Below are positions 40,951 to 51,405 of a stretch of 64,000 nt of DNA, piece after piece. The DNA comes from Phycisphaerae bacterium (GTDB lineage: Bacteria > Planctomycetota > Phycisphaerae > UBA1845 > Fen-1342). Within the stretch, counting starts at the first letter, position 1. Every line of letters begins with the position of its first letter. Below the pieces are notes generated by a model, which worked only from the letters and a program-made list of their open reading frames with translations, made no database searches and was not told where the DNA came from. Where the stretch lies: assembly GCA_963675745.2 (NCBI GenBank), contig CAXXWX010000001.1:224001-288000 (forward strand). Reading direction: 5' to 3'. The position numbers and the translations under genes were made by a program.

Positions 40951-41595
40951 TTGTCGAAGACGACCGCCCGCCAGACTGTGCTGGGCGTCACCCGTCGATC
41001 GACCAACCGGCCCGCTTTTGCGCCAGACCGGGTATGCACTGGTGTCGGCCGCGCGGGATTCGTACGCCAATTGCGAATTGGTCGAAGCCGGCGTCGTCAA
41101 GCTGACGCGCGGTGCCCCACTGGCCGCGCGGCTGATCGAGCTCGAGGACGAGCTAACGTCACTGGTCGAGCTTCACCGAGTTGTACTCCCGAGTCTGCTG
41201 GCGTGCGAAGAGCTATACGCGCACTATCGCCACCCGCGGACTGCGTAATACTCATGGCCCATGCCCGTGGCGTGGTGACGCGCGGTTGGCGCTCGCGGCG
41301 CGGCGCGGTCTGAGGATCGCCGCCGCAATACTCATGGCCCATGCCCGTGGCATTGGCGCTCGCGGCGCGGCGCGGTCTGAGGATCGCCGCCGTTCCCGCC
41401 ACGCAGGCGAAAAAGCTGCTGACCGGCAGCGGCCACGCCACCAAGGCACAGATGCAGCGCGCCGTGCAGACAACGTTGCGGCTGCCCGTCGCACCGGAAC
41501 CGCATGACGTGGCGGACGCGATTGCGATCGCTTTGTGCGGCGTGCAGATTGACGCGGCGTCGAATATCGCCCAGTCATGCGAGACCAGCCCATGA
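40951..41595 (+). pseudogene. ruvC: Holliday junction resolvase, disrupted in this sequence
   Basis: VLGV..LRQTGY, EELYAHY, ILMAHARG, TGSGHATKAQMQ, DVADAIAIALC spread over several frames; internal duplication at 41247-41391. Confidence 0.85.
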
Positions 41596-42212
41596 TCTGT
41601 CAACTGACCGGCCGCTTGCTGCGCGTGACCGACAGCGCCGCCATCTTGCAGGCCGGCGCGCTGGCGTACGAGGTGCTCGTGCCGGCCGCGACGATTGCCG
41701 ATTTGCAGCGGCTCGACGGCAACGAGATAACGTTGTTCACGGTGCACTACCTCGACGGTAGCCTGGCGACCGGAAACCTCGTGCCGCGCCTGGTCGGCTT
41801 TCTCACCGAGCCCGAGCGCGAGTTTTTTCACTTGCTCAACAAGGTCAAGGGCATCAGCACGCGCAAGGCACTGCGCGCCATGAGCATATCCTGTCACCAG
41901 TTCGCGATTGCGATCGAGCAGGGAGATGTGCGCCTATTGACCAGCCTGCCGGAAATCGGCAAGCGAACCGCCGCCCAGATCGTGACCGAGCTGCGCGGCC
42001 AGATGCAGCAGTACGTCCTGCCCAGCGCCCGACCGCTGCCGGAGTCGGAGCTGACCGATGCGCAACTCGTGGCGGTGGATGTGCTTGTGCAATGGGGAGA
42101 TCGACGAGCGGACGCACAGCGCTGGGTCGCCGACGCCGTACAGACCGATCCCGCTCTGACCGAGCCGGAAGACATCATCAGGGCGGCGTACAAGGCAAAG
42201 GCCAGGAGTTAG
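41592..42212 (+). CDS. ruvA: Holliday junction DNA-binding subunit
   Basis: MICQLTG, LVGF..EREFF..VKGIS, LPEIGKRTAAQIVTEL. Confidence 0.9.
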   Translation: MICQLTGRLLRVTDSAAILQAGALAYEVLVPAATIADLQRLDGNEITLFTVHYLDGSLATGNLVPRLVGFLTEPEREFFHLLNKVKGISTRKALRAMSISCHQFAIAIEQGDVRLLTSLPEIGKRTAAQIVTELRGQMQQYVLPSARPLPESELTDAQLVAVDVLVQWGDRRADAQRWVADAVQTDPALTEPEDIIRAAYKAKARS

Positions 42213-42218
42213 GGCGCA

Positions 42219-42370
42219 GGCCACGAGGCCACAAGGCCACGAGGAAAAAACGGCTCTTGCGGCCGCGCGCTTTGTTTCTGTATTCTGTTTTTGCTTCTTG
42301 CCTGGTTGCCTTGTGGCTGCCTTGTTGCCTTGTGGCCTCGTGGCCTCGTGGCCTCGTGCCCTTGTGGCCT
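42219..42370. repeat. inverted octamer tandem arrays (GGCCACRA x3 ... TYGTGGCC-like)
   Basis: Between ruvA and ruvB. Confidence 0.8.
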
Positions 42371-42382
42371 CCTGGAGTAATC

Positions 42383-43414
42383 GTGACCATTGAACGTGTC
42401 TTCAGCCGACCGACGCCCGATGAAGAGCGGTTTCTCACGTCACTGCGGCCGCAACGGCTCGGCGAGTGCATTGGCCAGGAGGTCGTGCGCGAACAGCTCA
42501 GCATCGCGCTGGACGCCGCGCGACAGCGGGGTGAGCCGCTCGACCACGTACTGCTGGATGGGCCGCCCGGGCTGGGCAAGACCACGCTGGCACACGTGAT
42601 CGCCAATGAGATGGGGGCACGCATCCACATCACCAGCGGCCCGGCCATTATGCGCCAGGGCGATCTGATGATGCTCCTGACACAGCTCGAAACCGGCGAT
42701 GTGCTGTTCATCGATGAGGTACACCGGCTCAACAAGGCCATCGAGGAGTTTCTCTACCCGGCCCTCGAAGACTTCCGCGTCGACTACACCACCGAGAGCG
42801 GCATCGGCGGGCGAACGGTCAACTTCAACCTGAAGCAGTTCACGCTGGTCGGAGCCACGACGCGCGCCGGCATGTTGTCCGGCGCCTTGCGCAGCCGCAT
42901 CGGACTGCCCTTTCACCTGCAATATTACAACGCCGACGAACTTACGCAGATTGTCACACGCAGCGCAGGGCTGCTGGAAGTTCCCGCCCAGGATGACGCG
43001 CTGCGGCGCCTGGCATCGCGCTCGCGCGGCACGCCTCGCATCGTTAACCGCTTGCTGCGACGGGTGCGCGACTACGCCGAGGTGCGCGGCGACGGAAATC
43101 TGCTGCCTGACATCGTCGATGCGGCGCTTCAGATCCTGCAAATCGACGAGTTGGGACTCGATGAGCTCGATCGGCAGTATCTGGAGACGTTGATCAGGCA
43201 TTACGACGGCGGCCCGGCGGGCATCGAGGCCATCGCCGCCAGCATGGGCCACGAGCGCGACACGCTGGAAGACGTCGTCGAGCCATACCTGCTCCAGATC
43301 GGGTTTGTCGTGCGCACGCCGCGCGGCCGTGTCGTGCGCCCGGCCGCATTCGAGCATCTAGGCCTGACACCGCCCGCGCGCGGTGACAGTCAACAGCCCG
43401 GCCTGTTCGACTGA
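42383..43414 (+). CDS. ruvB: Holliday junction branch-migration ATPase
   Basis: LRP..IGQ, GPPGLGKTTLA, FIDEVHRL, GATTRAG, RGTPR, EPYLLQ. Confidence 0.95.
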   Translation: MTIERVFSRPTPDEERFLTSLRPQRLGECIGQEVVREQLSIALDAARQRGEPLDHVLLDGPPGLGKTTLAHVIANEMGARIHITSGPAIMRQGDLMMLLTQLETGDVLFIDEVHRLNKAIEEFLYPALEDFRVDYTTESGIGGRTVNFNLKQFTLVGATTRAGMLSGALRSRIGLPFHLQYYNADELTQIVTRSAGLLEVPAQDDALRRLASRSRGTPRIVNRLLRRVRDYAEVRGDGNLLPDIVDAALQILQIDELGLDELDRQYLETLIRHYDGGPAGIEAIAASMGHERDTLEDVVEPYLLQIGFVVRTPRGRVVRPAAFEHLGLTPPARGDSQQPGLFD

Positions 43415-43611
43415 CCTTCGCGCGGTCGGACGTTCTTGCGGGGCGGCTCTCGGCGGTGCGTCCGACTCGGGGTCGGACGCTACGGTAGGCGCGTTTATTC
43501 CAGCCACGACTGCTTTCTGTGTATTCCGGTCAAATGCGCCAGCGCGCGCGTCAGGCGCGCTTCCCTTTCATTGTGGAGGATGAGCCCGTTGGTCTGGCAC
43601 GGAGGTGCATC

Positions 43612-44166
43612 ATGGCACGCTGGCTTGGTCCGATGTTTCTGCTCGTCATACCGGTCACCATCGCGCTTGAACAGGCGGCGCTTTTGCTCATCATGGAAGG
43701 GGTGACCTGGGGGGCGGCCTATTACAACGCGGCCCTCGTCTTTCTTGTCACAACGCCGATGCTGACGCTGCTGGGTGGCACGATCGTGGCCTGGTCCACG
43801 GTTGTGCCGTTGACCGGGCGCGTGATCACCGCCGCGGTGTTCTGGGCCGCCGCGCTGCTCGGCGCGACGAGTGTGGCGGTCGCGTGTGGAGCGCTGGGCG
43901 CGAGCAGAGTGCCGAGTCCCACGGCGCTCGCGCTGCCGATCGGGATCAACCTGATCGGCGGGCTGATCGCCGTCGTCGCGGTCAATCAGGCGGTGTTGCG
44001 GGCGCGCGCGGTCGCGACGCGGTCACGGCGTGTGCCCTGTCCTGGATGCGGCTACGACATGCGCGGGCAGAAAGAGTGTCGTTGCCCGGAGTGTGGCAGG
44101 CAGTTTTCCCTCTCCGAACTGCTGGTCATTCCGGGCGTTGAAGTGGACGTGCGCGGTCTGGCATGA
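43612..44166 (+). CDS. membrane protein with C-terminal zinc ribbon
   Basis: GGAGG RBS, 4 TM helices, CPGCGYDMRG..CPECG. Confidence 0.75.
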   Translation: MARWLGPMFLLVIPVTIALEQAALLLIMEGVTWGAAYYNAALVFLVTTPMLTLLGGTIVAWSTVVPLTGRVITAAVFWAAALLGATSVAVACGALGASRVPSPTALALPIGINLIGGLIAVVAVNQAVLRARAVATRSRRVPCPGCGYDMRGQKECRCPECGRQFSLSELLVIPGVEVDVRGLA

Positions 44167-44396
44167 CGCGCGATTTTTGTCGGCCGCCCGGGGGCACGGC
44201 AGCGATCGGGCCGTGCTCACGCGGCGGCTTCCGAAAACCGGTTTTCAACCGGTGAGAACGCGTGACAACCACCGGCTACAAGCCGGTGCCACAGTCATGC
44301 GTGAGGCCCTATACTCATAACACGTGGTCATGGTTACGGGGCGTACGGGCGCCGCGCGCAATGAGATCACGCGTCACAGACCGCCGGGAGAGGATA

Positions 44397-44789
44397 TTGA
44401 GCCCTGAGCAAGCGATGGTGAAGGAGTTTCATGAGAAGTACGAGGCGCCGGTCGGGCGGCGCCCCGAGCAAATCGGCATCAAAGACCGCATGCGCCGCGC
44501 CCGGCTGATCTTCAGCGAAGCCGCCGAGTTCATCGACGCCGCGGATCAGGATGATTTTGTCGAAATGGTTGACGCGCTGGCCGATCTGCTGGTGGTTGTT
44601 TACGGGGCGGCGGTCGAAATGGGTGTCGATCTCGAGCCGGTTTTCGCCGAGGTACAGCGCTCGAACATGTCGAAGGACGGCGGGAAGGACGCCGGCGGGA
44701 AAATTCTCAAGGGGCCGGGTTTCTCGCCACCCGATATCACGGGCCAACTGATCCGCCAGGGCTGGACGCCTCCGGCCGCGTCAACATAG
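44397..44789 (+). CDS. MazG-like nucleotide pyrophosphohydrolase
   Basis: VKEFH, SEAAEF, VDALADLL..YG, EVQRSNMSK..GKILKG. Confidence 0.85.
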   Translation: MSPEQAMVKEFHEKYEAPVGRRPEQIGIKDRMRRARLIFSEAAEFIDAADQDDFVEMVDALADLLVVVYGAAVEMGVDLEPVFAEVQRSNMSKDGGKDAGGKILKGPGFSPPDITGQLIRQGWTPPAAST

Positions 44790-44928
44790 GCGCGGCGCAT
44801 GACGGCGCTTATGGAACTGGTCAGTCAACGGCCGACAGGGGCGTCGGCCGCTATGGATTGGTGGGCGTCGGCGGCCGTCTGCGTGGTGGGACCGGCCTCG
44901 GGACGAGCGTCCGTGGTCTGTGTGCGTG

Positions 44929-45369
44929 TTACTCGATCTTGGCCAGCGCCGGCGTGAGGGCCTCGATCGCAGCGGTGGTGTCCTCTTCGCTGGCGAAGCG
45001 CAGGTAGATCACCGCACCGCCGCGCGCCGCCGCCGCGGACAGACCGGTGATGTTGATCCCCTCACTTGCGAGCGTGCCGGCCACACCCGCCGCCAGGCCC
45101 GGTCGATCGGGGCCAACCAGGCGCAGCGTGTACATCGTATCGGCCCGGTGCAGTCCGACATCGTTGGCGGCCTGCTCCTGTTCGGGCGTGGTGAGCGGCG
45201 CCACATACACGACCCCACGGCCGGGCTGCTCGCGCGTCGGGCGCGTGATGACAAATTCGAGATCCGCCCCCGCCGTCATCATGATATGGGCCAGCTTGGA
45301 TGACAACGCCCCGGGGCGATCCTCCAATTCACCAGCCCAAACGTCCACCTTGGAGATCTCGAACAGCAT
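44929..45369 (-). CDS. tandem ACT-domain protein
   Basis: EDRPGAL and PDRPGLAA..GINI repeats. Confidence 0.8.
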   Translation of the reverse strand: MLFEISKVDVWAGELEDRPGALSSKLAHIMMTAGADLEFVITRPTREQPGRGVVYVAPLTTPEQEQAANDVGLHRADTMYTLRLVGPDRPGLAAGVAGTLASEGINITGLSAAAARGGAVIYLRFASEEDTTAAIEALTPALAKIE

Positions 45370-45691
45370 GATAGTGCCTCCGCGAGGATCCTGACTGCCA
45401 CGTGTATGGTCCGCGGTCGGCCCCCCTCTCGTCAAGCCGACGGCGGCGGGAACGCAATTCGCAGGCAGAGATTCCACAAATCACGGATGGCACGGCGTGC
45501 GGGTTGTTCGTTTGCGCGCGTGACCAACCGTGCCGCCTTAGCGGTGTCCAAATACCATCGATTCGGTGAAATACGTGGACACCGGGGCGCAATCGGTGGA
45601 AAATCCGCCTGGACTTGCGCACGAGTGCCGCATGGCGGCATCATCGTCGGCGCTAATCGATGCACGGCAAGCTCGCTCACGGCTGAGTTCA

Positions 45692-47311
45692 ATGCACACG
45701 CCCGGCAACCAGATTTCGGCCACACCCGCCAGGCGACGCCGCATCCGCCTGATCAATCCCAATTCGCCGCTTTCCAACATCACGATGCCGCGGGTCATTC
45801 AGAAGATGACGTTTTCGCGCAAGGCGCTGTTCGCGCCGACTGGGTTGATGATCTGTGCCGCGGTTATGCCGGATAGCTGGGACGTGGAGGTGGTGGATGA
45901 GTGCGCGCGCGAACACACGCACGAGCCGACCGCGGATGTTGATGTGGTCGGCATCAGCGCGATGACCACGCAGGCGCCGCGCGCCTATGCGCTGGCGGAC
46001 GCATACCGCGCCGCCGGCGTCACGGTCGTCCTGGGAGGAATCCACCCCAGCGCATTGCCCGACGACGCCCTGGCCCACTGTGATGCGGTGTGCAAAGGCG
46101 ACGCCGAGTCCACCCTGCCGCACCTGATTGCCGACTGGGAAGCCGCCGCCGCGCGCGGCGCCGACCCACGTACGGGGCTGAAGCGCATCTACGACTGGGC
46201 TGAGTATCCCAGTGCGCCGATCGCCACGCCGCGCAAGGACGTGATCCGCGCGGCGGATTACCTGGTTGCCAACCCGATTCAGACGACGCGCGGGTGTCCG
46301 CACTACTGCAACTTCTGCACAACGCCGGCCGTCTTCGGACGCAAGTTCCGCCAGCGCGAGATCGGCGCGATCGTCGAGGAAATTCGCGAGGCACAGGAGC
46401 GTCACCGGGCCTGGTGCTACATCTTTGCCGATGACAACTTCGGTGGTAACCAGAAGTGGGCCCTGGAGCTGTGCGAGCAGTTGCGGCCGCTGAACATCTC
46501 GTGGGCCAGCCAGTGTGACATCCTGATCGCGCGCAACGACCGCTTGCTGACGGCGATGCGCGCCAGCGGGTGCCAGGGCTTGATACTCGGGCTGGAAAGC
46601 GCGCGTCAGGGGACGCTTGATGAGGCCGGCAAGCGGTTTGTCAAGTCAGTGAACTACGAGACGAACATCCGCAAAATCCAGGCGGCGGGGATCAGCCTGT
46701 GGGGTTCGTTTATATTCGGGTTTGACACCGATGGATGGCGCGACTGCATGAGGGCGTGTCGGTTCGCGCAGCGCATGCACCTGTCGATGAGCTGCTACCC
46801 CGTGCTCACGCCCTATCCGGGCACCGAGTTCTTTGAGCAATACCAGCGTCAGGGGCGCATCCGCACGTATGACTGGCAGAAGTACAACGGCGCATCGGTG
46901 GTCTTCGAACCCAAGCGCATGACCGCCAAGCAACTGCGCCACGCCCAGATGGCCGCCTTCGCCGAATTCTTCACACCACGTTCAGCGCTGGGGCGCATGG
47001 GGATCTATCCATTCAAGGGGCGTGCGTGGGTAGCCAACCTGGCGATCTGGAAGGGGATTCGCTACTACTACGCGAAGAGCGGGCGCCGGATTCCACGATT
47101 CCACGATTTTCTCGATGCCGACGCGCGCGCGTGGAACTACGAAAACGAACCGTGGGCGCGCGCGCGGGAAGAGTGCCGCGCGCCGGGCGCTGCGCAAGAA
47201 CCGGCGGTGTCGCTGGATGCCGCGACGTTGATGGCCGGCGCCGTCAGTCAATGCGATCCATTCCACCAGGCGGCGGCGCGACTGACCCACCCGAAGACAC
47301 GTCACAAATGA
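45692..47311 (+). CDS. B12-binding-domain radical SAM protein (start uncertain)
   Basis: VVGISAMT, VLGGIHPS, TRGCPHYCNFC, FADDNF, LTPYPGT. Confidence 0.88.
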   Translation: MHTPGNQISATPARRRRIRLINPNSPLSNITMPRVIQKMTFSRKALFAPTGLMICAAVMPDSWDVEVVDECAREHTHEPTADVDVVGISAMTTQAPRAYALADAYRAAGVTVVLGGIHPSALPDDALAHCDAVCKGDAESTLPHLIADWEAAAARGADPRTGLKRIYDWAEYPSAPIATPRKDVIRAADYLVANPIQTTRGCPHYCNFCTTPAVFGRKFRQREIGAIVEEIREAQERHRAWCYIFADDNFGGNQKWALELCEQLRPLNISWASQCDILIARNDRLLTAMRASGCQGLILGLESARQGTLDEAGKRFVKSVNYETNIRKIQAAGISLWGSFIFGFDTDGWRDCMRACRFAQRMHLSMSCYPVLTPYPGTEFFEQYQRQGRIRTYDWQKYNGASVVFEPKRMTAKQLRHAQMAAFAEFFTPRSALGRMGIYPFKGRAWVANLAIWKGIRYYYAKSGRRIPRFHDFLDADARAWNYENEPWARAREECRAPGAAQEPAVSLDAATLMAGAVSQCDPFHQAAARLTHPKTRHK

Positions 47312-47446
47312 ATTTGTTTTATGCTTGCATCCCGGCATTGCGCTTACAGAATTTAACTGGTGGCACAACGCAACGTAAATTGCGGCACTCGATACCCGCC
47401 GTTTTTGAGTGAATTTTCTTCACAGGCCCCGCCGGGAGGTAAGCAG

Positions 47447-48082
47447 ATGCATTCAACCATGAGTTGTCGTTCAGTCACGCGCGTCGCGATGATTGTTTTG
47501 CTGGGTTTGCTGGTGTCAGGTGGATGCGCAACGCTGCCACCGCGGGCCGACATCCCGCTCGGCACATGGGAAGGCGAGGGGATTTTCGTATTCAAGGGGT
47601 GGGACAAGGGCGCGGAAGAGTACGACGCGGAGGAGATGCCATCCACGCAGAACACCTATCCGACAACGCTCACCATCGAGCAAACGACTTATGAGGATGA
47701 GCCGGTCACCAAGGTGGAGATCGTTTCGCTGCGCGGCCCGATGCACGGCGAAGATGACGGCGACCGCACGCACATAATCCTGTACCTGAAGCTGGTTGAC
47801 CGTATTTCCAACGACATCTCGTTCTGGAAGGCGGTCGATATGCTCATCAGCTTCAGCGAAGACGACAAGCCGGAGCACGGCGAAGCGTCTGACGTTCCGA
47901 TCAACGCCACGTGCATGCGCTACGCGGACGGCATTGCCTTCCAGATTCGCTACACCGACGGCTTCACCGACAATCTGCGTTTCCAGGGCCGTCACGTGCG
48001 AAAGCTGGGCATCTACCACCCGGAGAGCGACGATGAAAGCCAGGGACTGATCCACTGGGCCGAGGTTCTCGAACGCCGGTAG
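47447..48082 (+). CDS. hypothetical lipoprotein
   Basis: GGAGG RBS, LLVSGGC lipobox. Confidence 0.7.
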   Translation: MHSTMSCRSVTRVAMIVLLGLLVSGGCATLPPRADIPLGTWEGEGIFVFKGWDKGAEEYDAEEMPSTQNTYPTTLTIEQTTYEDEPVTKVEIVSLRGPMHGEDDGDRTHIILYLKLVDRISNDISFWKAVDMLISFSEDDKPEHGEASDVPINATCMRYADGIAFQIRYTDGFTDNLRFQGRHVRKLGIYHPESDDESQGLIHWAEVLERR

Positions 48083-48474
48083 ATCGACGATCCCTGCGCA
48101 CCGCCTGCTTTCCATTCCATTCCCCTGCCCGTACCGAGTGCCCGCATGACAGGCACTCGGCACGGGATGGGGCACACCCTTCCAAAGTTCACCCGGCTTT
48201 AGAATTGCCAAGTTCGCCGCCTGCGGTTACCAATCGAACGTGAAATGCCGTGGCTCGCCGAAGCGGGAATCCTGTCTCGGCCCGCGTGCCCGCGTCGAGT
48301 GGGGAATCTCGGCACAGCGCGGCGGTGTAAGAGACGGATTCGCGGCGCGGTGCTGGACCAAAGTCGCCGCGCGGACCGGCGGGACACGGCCGGATCGGGT
48401 GTTCGCGCCGCGGGGGCGCAAACTGGTAACCTGCGCCTCGCGCCCGCAGAACGTGGCACACAAGGAGTCCGTCG

Positions 48475-50319
48475 ATGATTGCCCACACAGTCGTCTCGCG
48501 AACCACGGCCGCTGTCCTCTCACTGGCGCTGATCGTCGGCGCGAGCGCCGAACAACGCTTCGCCGATCTGGTCGGCGACGTCAAGGTCGGGGATGTCACC
48601 CAGACCGATCCACTCCAGGTACCTTTCATCACCTGGGGCGGTGATATGGCGACGTTTTTCGCCAACGGCGGGTTGGAGACCAAGCCCGGGACCGTCTTCC
48701 AGAAACAAGGGCTCAATCTCAAGCTCGTACCGGGCGACGATTTCGCGCAGCAGGTCCGCGACTATGTCTCCGGCAAGAGCCCCTTCCTGCGCGGCACCTT
48801 CCGCATGATCGGCATGGCGTCGGAAGTCATCGCCCAGGATGCGCGCACCAAGGGCGTTGTGATCATGCAGTTGACCTGGTCGGCCGGCGATCACATGGTG
48901 GTCCGACAACACATCAAGAGCGTCACCGACCTCAAGGGCAAGAAGATCGTCCTTCAGCAAGGCGGCCCACACGTCGGCCTGCTGGACGACATTCTGAAGA
49001 CCGGCCAGCTCTCGTGGGATGATGTCAACATCATCTGGGCCGACGACCTGACAGGCACGCCTAAGAGCCCGGCCGAGATGTTCCGCAAGGACAAGTCGAT
49101 CGACGGCTGCCTGGTCATCACGCCCGACATGATCGGGCTGAGCGGCGGGCTGCAAAACACGGGCAGCGGCGCCGAGGGAACCGTCTCGGGCGCGCGTGTG
49201 CTTGTATCGACCGCCGAGCTGTCCCGCTCGGTCGCCGACGTGTACGTATGTCGCAAAGACTTCTACGACGCTAACAAGGAACTGGTCACAAAGTTCGTCG
49301 CCGGCTACCTCAAGGCCTGCGAAGAGGTCATCGAGCTTCGGAAAGCCTACGAGTCCAAGGGCTCAAAGGAATACATGGCCCTGCTCCAGATGACGCAGGA
49401 TATTTACGGCAAGGACGTCATCCCCACGCTTGAGGAGGATGCCCACGGCTTGATCGTCGACTGCACGTTTGTCGGCTATCCCGGAAACGTCGCCTTCTTT
49501 GAGGACCAGAGTAACCTCAACGGCTTTGAGCCGTTTCAGAAGAGCGCGCTCGACCTGGCGACTTCGCGCGGCTATGCCAAGGTCCGCGCGGCGCTGTTCC
49601 CGTCGGGGCTGGACTACAAGTCACCGCTGTTCACTAACTACCTGGCGGTCACCGACGTTCAGCGCGGGCAGCGCTTCAAATCCGATGAGGTGCTTGGCGA
49701 AATCGAGTCGCTCAGTGCCGGCGACGAGCTCGATGAGCGCACCATCGTCGCCTTCACCATCAACTTCCGCCCTAATCAGACCGAATTCAGCACCGAGCAA
49801 TACGGCGTGGAGTTTCAGCGCGTGATCGAGATGGCCAGCAAATACGGCAATGCCGTCATCGCCATCCGCGGCCACTCAGACCCGACCAAAACACTTCAGC
49901 ACCTTGTCAAAGCCGGCATGCACAAGGGGATTCTGAAACGCACCGGCAGCGCCGGGAACTACAAGTACGCGCTGAACGGCAAGCCGCTGGATATCAGCCA
50001 GACCAAAGTGCTAACGCAACTGATCGAGCAGGGTGAGTTTGACGGCGCCGGCGATTTCAACCCGCGGGCGACCATGCAGTCGGCGCTCAATCTCTCGCGG
50101 CGGCGCGCCGAAGCCGTGCGCGACTCGATCATCGAATACGGCAAGGGCAAGGGCGTGTTCGTCGACGCCAGCCAGATCCAGCCGGTGGGCGTCGGCATTC
50201 GCGAGCCGTTCCTGGCGCGGCCGACGAACATGGAAGAGGCCATGCAGAATATGCGGGTCGAGTTCCGACTGATTCGCGTGACCGCCGAAGCGTCGGGCGC
50301 GTCGGATTTCGATTTCTAG
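48475..50319 (+). CDS. periplasmic NMT1/SsuA-type binding protein fused to an OmpA-like C-terminal domain
   Basis: Signal peptide, WSAGDHMV..DLKGKKI, INF..IRGHSD..LSRRRAEAV..GVG..NMRVEF. Confidence 0.8.
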   Translation: MIAHTVVSRTTAAVLSLALIVGASAEQRFADLVGDVKVGDVTQTDPLQVPFITWGGDMATFFANGGLETKPGTVFQKQGLNLKLVPGDDFAQQVRDYVSGKSPFLRGTFRMIGMASEVIAQDARTKGVVIMQLTWSAGDHMVVRQHIKSVTDLKGKKIVLQQGGPHVGLLDDILKTGQLSWDDVNIIWADDLTGTPKSPAEMFRKDKSIDGCLVITPDMIGLSGGLQNTGSGAEGTVSGARVLVSTAELSRSVADVYVCRKDFYDANKELVTKFVAGYLKACEEVIELRKAYESKGSKEYMALLQMTQDIYGKDVIPTLEEDAHGLIVDCTFVGYPGNVAFFEDQSNLNGFEPFQKSALDLATSRGYAKVRAALFPSGLDYKSPLFTNYLAVTDVQRGQRFKSDEVLGEIESLSAGDELDERTIVAFTINFRPNQTEFSTEQYGVEFQRVIEMASKYGNAVIAIRGHSDPTKTLQHLVKAGMHKGILKRTGSAGNYKYALNGKPLDISQTKVLTQLIEQGEFDGAGDFNPRATMQSALNLSRRRAEAVRDSIIEYGKGKGVFVDASQIQPVGVGIREPFLARPTNMEEAMQNMRVEFRLIRVTAEASGASDFDF

Positions 50320-50490
50320 CGCGCGTTCAACGAACCGGATGCGTCAGACCGCGCGAGCCTGGCGCATGACCGACCGAAGGTCGGTCCCAAAACTGTAGCG
50401 GCCGGTGCCTCGCCGGCCGTTGGTCACCAACGGCGCCGCTCCGCGCGAGCAGCCTGCGAGATGCAGGCCGCACATGACTGGAGGTTTCCG

Positions 50491-51405
50491 ATGCCTAGAG
50501 CTCTCTGTTGCCTGGTCGTGGCCATCGGTGTTGCGGGTATGGCCCCGGCCGGCGACCCAATCTATACAGACAACGTCGTGATTGTTCTCGATGGTTCCGG
50601 ATCGATGAAGGAACAAATGCCCGGTACGCGCGAGAGCAAGATGGCAGCCGCGAAACAGGCACTGCACGAAGTGCTGGCCACGCTGCCTGAAACGACCCAC
50701 GTCGGCGTGCTGGCCTTCAGCAGCCATGCCCGCCAACCATGGCTCTACGACCTGGGCTCGCAGGATGCGGTCCGGCTGAGAGACGCGATCGACGGCCTGC
50801 GCCCCGATGGCAAGACGCCGCTCGGGCGTTTCCTGAAACTGGGCGCCGATCGATTGCTCGAGCAGCGCCGGAAACAGTTCGGCTACGGCAGCTATCGCCT
50901 GCTGGTGGTTACCGACGGCGAGGCCAGCGACGCGAAACTTGTCGAGCGTTACACACCCAGCGTCATCGCCCGCGGCATCACGCTGGATGTGATTGGTGTG
51001 GACATGGCCTCGCGGCACACGTTGGCAACCAAGGCGCACTCATACCGTACCGCCGACGACGCCGATTCGCTGCGTCAGGCGATTGCCGAAGTCTTCGCCG
51101 AGGTATCCACAACCGACTCAGATGACGCCACGGGTGATGACGCGTTCGCGGTCATCGCCGGCTTGCCGCCCGAGATTGCAACGGCGGCCGTTCAGGCTCT
51201 GGCCATATCTGGTAATGAGCCGATCGGCGAGGCTGACAGCGCCGCCCCGCAGCGCAGCAGCGCCCCCGCTCAGCCCCGCGCGTCATCACCACAGCCGCAG
51301 GCCCCCTCCAAGAGCATCTTCATGCGCACGTGCTGTTCGGGCGTGTTCATGCTTGCGATTCTGGTGATCGTTGCTGTCGTCCTGCTCCGAAAGGCCAAGG
51401 GATGA
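50491..51405 (+). CDS. exported vWA-domain protein with C-terminal TM anchor
   Basis: VLDGSGSM MIDAS motif, TPL, VVTDGE, DVIG. Confidence 0.88.
   Translation: MPRALCCLVVAIGVAGMAPAGDPIYTDNVVIVLDGSGSMKEQMPGTRESKMAAAKQALHEVLATLPETTHVGVLAFSSHARQPWLYDLGSQDAVRLRDAIDGLRPDGKTPLGRFLKLGADRLLEQRRKQFGYGSYRLLVVTDGEASDAKLVERYTPSVIARGITLDVIGVDMASRHTLATKAHSYRTADDADSLRQAIAEVFAEVSTTDSDDATGDDAFAVIAGLPPEIATAAVQALAISGNEPIGEADSAAPQRSSAPAQPRASSPQPQAPSKSIFMRTCCSGVFMLAILVIVAVVLLRKAKG

Noticed and set aside
48083..48474. guanidine or cobalamin riboswitch before the SBP/PspA operon
   Set aside because: Only short partial resemblances; the conserved cores are not recognisable by eye
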